A DNA stretch of 63,647 nucleotides, counting the filler, from Guillardia theta CCMP2712 (taxonomy: Eukaryota > Protista > Cryptophyta): assembly GCF_000315625.1 (NCBI RefSeq). It is 5 parts of 5 records of this genome, joined end to end, with 100 filler letters (N's around TTAATTAATTAA, not from the genome) between each part and the next. Parts side by side here need not be neighbours in the genome. Positions count along the whole stretch, not along the records: positions 1 to 28,225 come from NW_005434610.1; 4 more parts are not named here. The stretch is one strand, 5' to 3'. A program made the translations under genes and the position numbers. This document shows positions 1-10,029 of the stretch, one piece after another. The notes beneath the pieces were generated by a model. The model did no database searches. It worked only from the letters and a program-made list of their open reading frames with translations, and had not been told where the DNA came from. The first letter of the stretch is position 1. Every line of letters starts with the position of its first letter.

Positions 1-200
1 GGTAAGAGCACGACGTGCTCTCTATAAACTGCGTCCTGCTTAGGTCATGAGCCACCAGCCAGAGGATAGCAGCGACCCACGTCGAGAAGAGGCTGCCTGA
101 TCCAAGATCCGTGAGGAGGCGTCGGGATGGGGCGGCTAACCCCTCGTAGCGACAGCCTGCCTAGTGAAGCTGCGACAGCACTCGACGAAGGGTATCCACA

Positions 201-643
201 CCTCGACAAGGGGCGACCTGCCTCGGGAAGGGGCGGCCTGCCTCGGGAAGGGGCGGCCTGCCTCGGGAAGGGGCGGCCTGCCTCGGGAAGGGGCGGCCTG
301 CCTCGGGAAGGGGCGGCCTGCCTCGGGAAGGGGCGGCCTCTGCCTCGGGAAGGGGCGGCCTGCCTCGGGAAGGGCCTGCCTCGGGAAGGGGCGGCCTGCC
401 TCGGGAAGGGGCGGCCTGCCTCGGGCCCGGGAAGGGGCGGCCTGCCTCGGGAAGGGGCGGCCTGCCTCGGGAAGGGGCGGCCTGCCTCGGGAAGGGGCGG
501 CCTGCCTCGGGAAGGGGCGGCCTGCCTCGGGAAGGGGCGGCCTGCCTCGGGAAGGGGCGGCCTGCCTCGGGAAGGGGCGGCCTGCCTCGGGAAGGGGCGG
601 CCTGCCTCGGGAAGGGGCGGCCTGCCTCGGGAAGGGGCGGCCT
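201..643. repeat. 20-bp minisatellite (CCTCGGGAAGGGGCGGCCTG)n, about 21 copies, at the 5' end of a minus-strand telomeric element whose body runs off the window
   Basis: Direct tandem repeat; the same unit recurs about 3 times at 6388-6447 at the 5' end of element B, each time next to a telomeric tract. Confidence 0.95.
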
Positions 644-665
644 CCTAAACCCTAAACCCTAAACC
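644..665. repeat. Telomeric tract T1 (CCCTAAA)~3
   Basis: cctaaaccctaaaccctaaacc. Confidence 0.95.
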
Positions 666-956
666 AGGATAACGCGTGGAGATGAGGGAAGATGACGAAG
701 AAGAGGAAGACATGGGTATTGGCATGATCTCCGATACAGCAGGTTGCGAACATTTTCATCATACTGAAGAACCATACTTAGAAAGCTATTTGAAGTATAC
801 AAACCTCTTGCTTGCAGCTTCCTTGGCGCCCTGACGGCTTCCCCTACACCTGGCAAGGAGCCATGCTGCCGAAAATAACGGCGCCCTGCTGCCGAAAATA
901 ACGGCGCCCTGCTGCCGAAAATAACGGCGCCCTGCTGCCGAAAATAACGGCGCCCT
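666..956 (-). mobile_element. Fragment of A-type telomeric element: 5' end only, with 4 copies of a 23-bp repeat and an inverted 40-bp piece of the ORF 3' region
   Basis: 716-870 nearly identical to 3354-3510; (GCTGCCGAAAATAACGGCGCCCT)4 at 865-956; 676-715 is the exact reverse complement of 1521-1560. Confidence 0.8.
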
Positions 957-974
957 CCTAAACCCTAAACCCTA
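957..974. repeat. Telomeric tract T2
   Basis: cctaaaccctaaacccta joined to (TTA)n. Confidence 0.95.
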
Positions 975-1154
975 TTATTATTATTATTATGTGAGTTTAT
1001 TAGAATGCTAGAATGTTGCTCGGCCTCGTTGTGGGCTTATGCAATTTGATCCTAGTCTAAAGAGGCGCTCGAGCACTGGGAGTACACGGCCTACAATGCG
1101 AACCCTGCTTCTGAGGCGTCTTTCTACTCTCTACTTCTGCTGTCTTCTCTTGGC

Positions 1155-1440
1155 TTCCTCAGCCTCAGTCAGGAGAGTTGCCTCTCCTCACCTTGGCCTT
1201 CGGTCACCACCTACTCTACCTCCATTCAGCTTCCTCAGCCTCAGTCAGAAGAGTTGCCTCTCCTCACCTTGGCCTTCGGTCGCCACCTACTCTACCTCCA
1301 TTCAGCTTCCTCAGCCTCAGTCAGAAGAGTTGCCTCTCCTCACCTTGGCCTTCGGTCGCCACATACTCCTCCATTCAGCTTCCTCAGCCTCAGTCAGGAG
1401 AGTTGCCTCTCCTCACCTTGGCCTTCGGTCGCCTCCTACC
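1155..1440. repeat. ~76-bp tandem repeat (about 3.7 copies) in the 3' UTR of copy A
   Basis: Units start at 1155, 1231, 1307, 1380; a single homologous copy lies in the B UTR near 3750-3815. Confidence 0.9.
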
Positions 1441-1464
1441 TTCTCTCCTTACCTTGAGCTCAGC

Positions 1465-3413
1465 TCAAGCTCGGTACGGGCTCGCCCCGTCTTCTTCCTC
1501 GCCCTCGCCTTGCTCTTCCTCCATGTCTTCCTCTTCTTCGTCATCTTCCCTCATCTCCACTCGCAGTCGGTCCTTCTTGTCCACCTTCAGCGAGCAGGCC
1601 AGCACATGCATCTCTGCGAATTTACTCAGTGCTATGAACAGGAAGCCTCTATGTCGTCGCTCTCCGCCTCCTGCTCAAGCTCAGCAGCTGCCGTTGCCCG
1701 TGGCGAGAACGCGCTGCCCCTCCTTGCCTTCTTGCTCTCTCCTTGCACGCGCCGCGGCGAGTCCAGCGCTTGCTCTGCAGCCACTTCCCCAGCTTCTCCT
1801 TGAGAACGTTGCGCCCAACTCCCTGCTCCTCTGGCATCTTCGCCCACTCTCCCAGCGACATGAACTCCAGGCTCCCCGGAGAGTAGAACGTGTCGTGGAG
1901 GTTGCCAACGGCCTTGTCCAGGACCAGCTTGATCGGCTCGCTCGTCCCTGCCTCGTTCAAAGAAGCTGCATCTTCGATGACTGCTGACAGCTCGCTGACG
2001 AGCTGCATGTCCTCTTGGCTTGACGGAGATGCTGCCTCCATTGTGATCCTCTCCAGGTCTGTAAACTCCAGCCACTCTCCCTCGCTCTCCTCCTGTCGCT
2101 GCGCTGCGTCGCTGGTGCCCCGCTGACCAGCCGCCTCAGGCTCCTTGTCGAAGCCGACTGCTTCGAGCTTGGTTGCTGCGCCTTCGAGATAGAAGGGCAG
2201 CTCCTTCATCATGCGTCGAGCATCCTCCGTGGAGCCGAGGAGGATGCATAGCTTGGACCCGTTCCAGGACTTGGTGTTCAAATCCTCCTCCATGTCGATG
2301 CCTTCAACGTTGATCTCGAGCCTGTTAGCGATCTCCAACAGGACTCTCTTGACTCTTGCGATAGACGTGTTGCCGCCGTTGCACAGCCCCTCCATCTCCT
2401 TCCTCGTGAAGCGACCAGATGCCGCCGTCGACTTGATGATGATCTTGATCTCCTTGCCGTCCTTGCCGCCTGCCTTCTTCTGCATCCTTGATGCCTTCTT
2501 CAACTTATTTCTGGACACAAAGCGATCAGCTGTCAACTCGACTGCGAGCGCCTCTCTGATCTTCGGGTCCTCGCTGAACAGAGTCAGGTGTATTCCCTCC
2601 ATCGCTTTGCTCTCTCGGAAAGCTCGAAATGCTGTATCGTTCGCCTCTGGGCAGCTCGAGGAGACGATCCACTTCACCTCCCTCTGTCTCCAGATGACGT
2701 TGGCCCCTACAGCGATGAAGCCTTTCTGACCTAAGCCTTTGTGGACTTGCTATCCTGGCGCCCCAGCGACCAGCATGCCTGCCAGCGGCTGGAGTTGGAC
2801 CGCTGCAAGGGACTGGCGCAGCAGCTGATAGCGATAGACGGCAGCTATCTCAGCCGTTGTCATGCCGCCCAAGGTTAGCAGGTGAGTCAGCTCTGCCAAG
2901 CTGCCCCCTTTGCCCCAGGGTCCTCTCTTGGCTCGAATCTTGAAAGATCGATCGTGCACGATGCTCACATGTACAGCTGTGAACTTGCGACCATCGATCG
3001 CGAAGTCCTCTCTTCCCTGCCAGAGCTTCTCCGCTTGTGCATTGCGGAGGAAGGAAACAGTCACCGGGATCTCCTCAGCACTCGCTATCTCGGGTCTATA
3101 CGGAGCCTTCCACATGATTGCTTTACTCTCTTGCACTGAGTCTACGATCAGTCCGATCTCTTCAAATTTCTTCTTCAGCTTTTCTTCATGGTTGACATAC
3201 ACCGAGGAAAACCACTCTCTGGATGCGTCACTCCATCCAGTCATCGCTTCTTGTAGATAGGCTATCCTGCTGTTCGGATACCGCTTCGCGAAGCTCTTCA
3301 CCCTCTCGACGTTTAGGGTTTAGGGTTTAGGCATCCACAAGTCCGCTCTGCGTGTATTGGCATGATCTCCGATACAGCAGGTTGCGAACATTTTCATCAT
3401 ACTGAAGAACCAT
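1465..3413 (-). pseudogene. Disrupted ORF1-like protein of element A, with putative RRM-like domains and an acidic C-terminus
   Basis: ORF pieces 2750-3301 and 1649-2677 plus shifted frames align to the B protein (KAIMWKAPYRPEIA, RAKRGPWGKGGSLAEL, GGNTSI, RITMEAASPS, LHDTF.SPG); in-frame TAG at 2750, frameshifts, inverted telomere insert at 3311. Confidence 0.75.
3311..3331. repeat. Inverted telomeric tract T3 (TTTAGGG)~3 inside ORF A
   Basis: gtttagggtttagggtttagg replaces about 24 bp present in copy B near 6192-6215. Confidence 0.9.
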
Positions 3414-3545
3414 ACTTAGAAAGCTATTTGAAGTATACAAACCTCTCGCTTGCAGCTTCCTTGGCGCCCTGGCGGCTTCCCCTACACCTGACGAGGAGCC
3501 ATGCTGCCGAAAATAACGGCGCCTCTGCCGAAAATAACGGCGCCT

Positions 3546-3573
3546 CTAAACCCTAAACCCTAAACCCTAAACC
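3546..3573. repeat. Telomeric tract T4 (CCCTAAA)~4
   Basis: Direct sequence. Confidence 0.95.
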
Positions 3574-3592
3574 AGGAAGGGGCCCGGTCCTA

Positions 3593-6448
3593 GTAGTAGT
3601 AGTTGAGTTTATTAGAATGCTAGGTAGGTTGCATGGCTTGTTATCACCTTGCTCTATTCTAGTCTAACAGGGATCTCGTGACCTGGCAGTTCGGCCCGAC
3701 TTGGCTGGCCCTTATGGCAGCCGTGCTTCTGCTCTGCTCCCTCCTCTGATATACTTCAGTGGTCTTCCCCGGCCTCAGCCAGTGGAGTTTCCTCCGCCGG
3801 CCTTGGCCTGGGTCGTCCGTGCTTTCAACTTGTGTTGCTTCCTCGGCTCCGACACACCTTGGCGGTCTCGGCCGGCCTTCGGCCAATGAGTGAATGAGGG
3901 ATAAGGACAATCAGGAGATAAGGTGGTAGGTGGAATGCGTATGGGTCCCTGGGACTCACGTCCCTTCCCCCGGGCCTCGGTCCGGACCGGGCCCTAGAGC
4001 CCGGCCGGCCTCCGCCCGGCCTCCTCCTCCCGGCCCCCCTCCCCCCTCCCCCACCGGCTTACCTGCCCTTACCTTCGTTGCTTGCCCCATGTCCACCTCA
4101 TTTATTTCTTCCTCCTTCCCCCCTTGGGGCCCACAGCTCCGCTCCGCCTCTTGTCCACCTCTAAGACTTGACTCGAGCCTCAAGCGCGCGAGGGGCCTGC
4201 ACCGGCCTCCTCCTCCACGCCCTCGCCCTCCTCCGCCTCCATGTCGACTTCCTCCCTCATCATCAGCCGCAGCCGGTCTTGCTTGTCGACCTTGCCCGTG
4301 CAGCTCAACCCATGGTGCTCAGCAAATTTACTGATCGCAAGAAACAAGAGGCTTACAGATCGACTCTCGATGTCATCGCTCTCAGCCTCCTGCTCGAGCG
4401 CATCAGTCGCTGCTGCCCTTGGAGAGAAGGCGCTGCCCCTCCTCGCTGCCTTGTTCCCTTGCACCCGTGTCCAGCGCTGCTCGCCGAGGTACGCTCTGAG
4501 CTTTTCTTTCATCATGTTTCGCTTCGATCCCAGCGTCGGCGTGGCTGCCCAAGCTCCGAGCGTCATGAACTCCACGTTGCCCGGCGAGCAGAAGGTGTCA
4601 TGCAGCTTGCCAACACTCTTGTCTAGCTCCAGCGAGATCGGCTTGCCAGCTAGCAGCTCCTCCTCTGATGTCTCCAAGAGCATCGTCGAGAGGTCGAGCA
4701 AGACCTGTTGATCGACTGGCCCTGACGGCGACGCTGCTTCCATAGTAATCCTGTCGATGTCGCTGAGCTCCAGCCATCCAGCGCCTTGCTGCTGCCCTTG
4801 GGGCTCTTGGGCTTGCTCCTCGCTGCTCGGGCTCCTCTCCTCCTCATGCTGAGGGTTGAGCTTAAAACCCATAGCTTCCAGCTTGACTTCCAGGATCCCT
4901 TCCAAGTAGAAGGGCATGTCTTCCATCAAGCGTCGAGCCTCTGCCTTGGTCGCCAGGGAGAGAGCTATCAGGCTCCCATCCCAGCTGAGCGTGTCACGAT
5001 CCTCCTCGGCCTCGACGCTGACCAGCTTGAGGTTCATTCTTCTTGCTAACTCCAACATGGCTCGCTTGACTCTCGTGATCGATGTGTTACCTCCTCCGCA
5101 CAGCGCTTCCATCTCCTTCCTCGAGAAGCGGCCTGTGCTCATGCTTGACCTCGACTTGATCTGTACTCTAAAGCTGCTGTGCCTAGCTTGGTCCCTGTCG
5201 CGAAGTACCTTCCTCTGCTTAGCGATCTTTCCCCTCGGCACGAAGGTGTCGGCTGTGAGCTCGACTGCAAACGTCTCTCTGAGCTTGGGCCGTCGTCGCT
5301 GATGAGAGTGAGATGCACCCCCTCCATCGCCTCGCTCTCTCTGAACGAGGCCAAGGTCTGCTCGCAGCTTGCCGTCGAAGGCGAGCTGAGCACCCACTCT
5401 AGCTCTTTTTGCTGGAGAGTGCCCGTACTTGCCCCAACAGCGACATACGTCTTCGGGCTCGGCCCCTTGCGACCTCTCTGCCCAGGACCCTGCAAGAGCA
5501 TGCCTGCAAGTGGTTGTACCTCTGCGGCTGCAAGAGATTGCGAGAGCAGCTGAAATCGATAAATCTGAGCGATCTCAGCCGTCGACATTCCTCCGAGAGC
5601 TAAGAGCTGCGATAGCTCGGCAAGGCTCCCTCCCTTGCCCCAAGGTCCTCGCTTGGCTCGAAGCTTGAACGACCGGTCTCTCCCTTCTATGCAGTATTCT
5701 TTCCTGCCTTCCCATAGCTCCATGGCTGCTTCATTCCGAAGGAAGGAGACGGTGACTGAGATGTCGTCTGCTCGTGCTATCTCAGGTCTGTAAGGTGCTT
5801 TCCACATGATGGCCTTGTCGACTCCATCGACTGAGTCTACCATGAGACCTAGCTCCATAAGCTTCGTTTTCAACTTTTCTTCTTGTCGAACATACATCGA
5901 GGAAATCCCTAGGAGAGTCATGGAGATGAAGGAGGTCCCCTCGGTGCCTTCGGTGCCGATGTATGTCTCGACATTCTGCTTCTTGGCCTCCTCCATCTGT
6001 TGAATAAACCATGCTCTCGACTCTGAGCTCCATTCACTCAGAGAGTCTTCAAACAGGTCGCGTCTCGCCTGCCGACATGTCGAGCGGATGGCTTCAGCGA
6101 TAGCGTCGGGAGTGCATCCCCCCTCAGCTCTGCAAGCCTGAGCTGTCCTACTACCAGGATACCGCTTCGCGAAGCTCTTCACCCTCTCGACGAGGTCGGC
6201 GGCCTCCTCGACGTGGCCTCCAGAGCGCTCGCCCTGCGTGTATTGGCATGATCTCCGATACAGCAGGTTGCGAACGCTCTCATCATACTGTAGTACCATG
6301 CTTAGAAGCTGTTTGAACTATACCAAGAACTTGCTCGCAGCTTCCTCCGGTCCCCTTGCGCTCTCCCTACGCGCCGCGGATGTGCATGCCTCGGGAAGGG
6401 GCGGCCTGCCTCGGGAAGGGGCGGCCTGCCTCGGGAAGGGGCGGCCTC
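3593..6448 (-). mobile_element. Telomere-associated ORF1-only non-LTR-like element, copy B
   Basis: 5' 20-bp repeats, ORF 6299-4180, 3' UTR, CTAGCATTCTAATAAACTCA plus (ACT)n tail; flanked by direct repeat CCCGGTCCTA (3583-3592 and 6449-6458). Confidence 0.75.
4180..6299 (-). pseudogene. ORF1-like protein of element B (~700 aa), one apparent frameshift near 5290
   Basis: ORFs 5139-6299 and 4180-5397 join by comparison with copy A (LFSEDPKIREAL vs LISDDG/PKLRETF); no RT or endonuclease motif seen. Confidence 0.7.
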
Positions 6449-6454
6449 CCCGGT

Positions 6455-6478
6455 CCTAAACCCTAAACCCTAAACCCT
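6455..6478. repeat. Telomeric tract T5
   Basis: cctaaaccctaaaccctaaaccct. Confidence 0.95.
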
Positions 6479-6951
6479 CCTCCACGCCCTCGCCCTCCTC
6501 AGCCTCCATGTCGACTTCCTCCTTCTGTAAGGTGCTTTCCACATGATAGCCTTGTCGTCTCTATCGACTGAGTCTACTACGAGTCCCAGCTCCATCACTG
6601 CTTCATTTAGAGTCATGGAGATGAAGGAGGTCCCCTCGGTGTCTTCGGTGCCAATGTATGTCTCGACATTCTGCTTCTTGGCCTCCTCCATCTGTTGCAT
6701 GAACCATGCTTTCGACTCTGGGCTCCATGCGCTCCGAGCCGGTCTTCAAACAGGTCTCGTCTCGCCTGCCGACATGTCGAGCGGATGGCTTCAGCGATAG
6801 CGTCGGGAGTGCATCCCCCCTCAGCTCTGCAAGCATGAGCTGTCCGACTATTCGGATACTACGCTTGGTGAAGTTCTTCACTCTCTCGACGAGGTCGGCG
6901 GGGCCGGGGCCTTGTCACCAAGCGACAAGGCCCCGTGCCTCTGACAAGGCC
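6479..6951 (-). mobile_element. Internally deleted B-like element fragment C
   Basis: 6476-6522 matches B 4211-4256, fused to sequence matching B ~5787-6201 with further deletions; hairpin at 6906-6934. Confidence 0.8.
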
Positions 6952-6978
6952 CCCTAAACCCTAAACCCTAAACCCTAA
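6952..6978. repeat. Innermost telomeric tract T6, boundary to unique gene-rich DNA
   Basis: (CCCTAAA)~4 followed by non-repetitive sequence. Confidence 0.95.
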
Positions 6979-7799
6979 GCTCAGTCACCGTTCGGGCCGC
7001 TCAGTCGGAGGCTCACAGTGACTGGTGGGATGTCGGACTCGAGTCCGGGAGTAGGTGGGAGTCCGAGGCCTGACGAGAAGGCGTCGGAGGGAGTCGGAGG
7101 GAGTCGGAGTCCTCCTCAGTATCGGGAGCAGTACTAAATATAGATTTCAATATATTTGTATAATGATTTACAAAACATTTACCACTTATACTGGTTACAG
7201 TTGTAAATATCATGACCCCTACGCATGTTCACAGTTTTGCCCTATATATGACCGGTACAGTAAGACAGATCTTGTAAAAAAATAAAAATGATTGGTACAA
7301 ACCAGGTACTCATGTCTTTAAAGTAGTTGTAAACTTGAATTTACCCAAAACATGAGAGTTTCCAAAAAGTGTTGATAATGACATTAATTGCCCATATGTG
7401 ACTCAGCCCTCACAACAGTCTACCCATCGGCAGCCTCAGGCTCCGCCGGGCCGAGTCTCCGAATGGCATCAGCTTTCACTCAGTCTACCCGGGCCATCTA
7501 CCTGTTGCCTAATTTCGTTTGATATCACCACACATCACTACAAATGAAGCAGTCCCGGGTGATAACTCTGAATCCCTGCTCTGACATTCGTCCTGTTCTT
7601 CACGATGCCGACTCATGTGCTTGTACTCGGGATGTGTAACCTTGTGTTGCTTTTTAACTTGAAAAATACAGACTAGAAACTGGCATGAATGAGGCTGAAA
7701 CATTGTTAGGGTCAGGTGTGGAGAAGACTCGAACCAAAGTTCAACAGTTTCTAGAGCTCTGCCCCTAAAGGTCTGAATGTATGGCTGTACATATCATTG

Positions 7800-9617
7800 A
7801 AAGTTGACTGATATTCTTCATGTCGTCGTTGCTTTGTACCTAAGTGATCAATAGTCAAATACAGGAAAACAGGACACGAAGGGGTAAGAACCAACCAAAC
7901 GAGTTCCTCGCTTCTTGAATTTGACGATCAACTTCATATTATGTACTATGCTCCGCCCTATACCTAAACAGACCTGAGGTTCACTGCTGCTTGGCTGAAG
8001 TCGACAACTTTTGGTAAATCCTTCTCCTTGGAAAGGCTCTGGTGGAACACTGATGAGATCGATCCATCTGCAGCACTTAAATTCATTCCTGCAAAGAGTT
8101 CAACCCAAATCATCTTACGGCAGCACAGTCTCTGCTTCATCTTCGTTCATCAGCAGGCTTGACCTTCCACTGACGCTATGTTTCCCTCTCTCACCAACGG
8201 CATGAGCATTGACTGGGAGGTTGTTCTTGCAGTTCATCTCAGGGCTTTCTTTTACCGAGGTTTCAGCTTGTATGGAATAGCTTCAACACAAATGTGAATA
8301 GCATGGTTTCCAACAAAGGCAAACCGCACATGGAAGCATATGGAGGGACCGACTTGATCCGAGAAGTGTCAGTTTCAACATCTCGAAGGTGACGCAACAC
8401 TTCGTTGACGGCTTGCAAGTCATTCTCTTCACATCTTTGAGCTTCCAAGATAAATGATTGCCTGGAATAACATGACACTATCAAAGCTCTGCTGACGTTA
8501 GAAGGAAACAGACTGAGAGAGCTGCAGGGCATCCGGTCTCGATTCAAAATCTTTCACAAGGCAGCTGCATCGAGAATGGAATGTTTTTCAGCAACGTCTA
8601 CTACAGCAACAGAAGATTCACCATTGGACGAATTCGTGCAAAGATTGTGGCCAGATATCACTGATCCCAGACGTCTGCAATATTGATTGCAGCACGGGTG
8701 GGTCGTTTTTACGGATGTATTCGATTGCTTCGATGGGATGCAGATGCGCCAATGGTGGCAAAGAGAGGACCATCTCGATGACGGTGATTCCGAGTGACCA
8801 GATGTCAGCCTTGTAGTCGTACTCTCCTCTCGAGCAGACTTCTGGAGACATCCAGTACCTACTCAGGACTCAGCAAACAGCTCACCTCAACTGAATGCTC
8901 ACGGTGTTCCAACAAAAGTGCAACGGCGATCATTTGGTACCTGCAACCTTGCTGATACTCCGAAGTCTGCAAGCTTGGCCTGAAAAGCACTAAGCATGCA
9001 ACAGCAGAAAGCATGAAAAATGTTGTCGTTTACTCACTCCCGATGAAGACAACAAGATGTTACTGGCCTTGATGTCTCTGAACTCATGTCAAAATCGCTC
9101 TCACATGCAAGAAATACACCTGTGTATCAATTGCTCTCCGTGTAGATAGCTCAATCCCATTAATGAGCAGCAGGTGATGCAACGAAGCTCTTGCAAGCCC
9201 AGCCCTCTTCCCAGCTTCTCCATCAGCTGCGACGCGAGTCAGCGGGGATTGACGAGCTTTCGCTTGAGTTACGTCAGAGACGGCACCACCATGACAAAAC
9301 TCTAACGCGATCCACAGCTGAGAGTCTTTCTCCCATGTGCCGTAGTAGGAAACAACATTCGGATGGCTGATAGTTTCAAGAATTCTCAGCTCCTTCTTGG
9401 CATCATCAGTTCCAACAACGACTTTGATCGCAACAGGCTCCCGTGAAGCAATACGTTCTGCATAGTAAACCTGAAGCAAGGCTATGCGTTAGACGACCAC
9501 AACCTCAAGCATCTCAATTTCGACAGCCTCTCTACAACTCACCATCCCTGCTGCTCCTTCTCCCAGCATCCTCTGCACCTCGAACAACGTCTCAGGGTCT
9601 TCGCGCCTTTCTGCCAT
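7800..9617 (-). CDS. STE20-family (MST/GCK-like) Ser/Thr kinase, multi-exon; 3' end approximate
   Basis: Exons encode LGEGAAGMVY, VAIK, ALEFCHGGAV, RDIKASNILL, KLADFGVSA, TFVGT, WMSPEV, DIWSLGITVIEM; GT-AG intron 9542-9471. Confidence 0.9.
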
Positions 9618-10029
9618 TCTCAAGGGGAGGAGAAACATCTTGGGTACCGGTGTAAATGAAATGGAATGGAGGGGTACAAAGGCTGAATGCAATGCAGGAT
9701 TCTTGTGAGCGATTAGCGGAAGAGGATGATTGAACCATGACAGGACGCCTAGAGCTGACCAGTGGCGATAGGAAGTGAGCAAGAACTTGAACGAAGATCG
9801 CTGGGAAATTGTGGGAAGAGGAAGAGTGGGAAGAGAGGAAGCCTGGGAGGAGTGGGTGTCGAAGCAAGGATTAGCTCATGGAATCTTGTCCTCTCTGAAC
9901 CGTTGACTTGCAATGTTTCTTCGGCTCAAACGAATCGGACTGCTGCTTGCATATGGTTTACAACTCTTGTTGACATCGCGCTTGTGTTCTGGGGAATACA
10001 GAAATCAGCCTCTCCGACTGAGAGGAGGC

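Larger units (their letters stand above)
975..3545 (-). mobile_element. Telomere-inserted ORF1-only non-LTR-like element, copy A
   Basis: Minus strand reads: telomeric tract, short 5' repeats, degenerate ORF (3413-1465), 3' UTR, CTAGCATTCTAATAAACTCAC, (ATA)n, then GGGTTTAGGG; homologous to copy B. Confidence 0.75.

Noticed and set aside
127-655. Repetitive ORFs over the 20-bp array, or a CRISPR-like array
   Set aside because: Stop-free translation of a minisatellite; no unique spacers and no cas genes
764-784. CTGAAGA...GAAA hammerhead-like core (also CTGAGGA-AGCT-GAAT on the minus strand of the 76-bp repeat)
   Set aside because: No pairable stem II or incomplete GAAA, and not conserved in copy B; no ribozyme supported by eye (an Infernal search would settle it)
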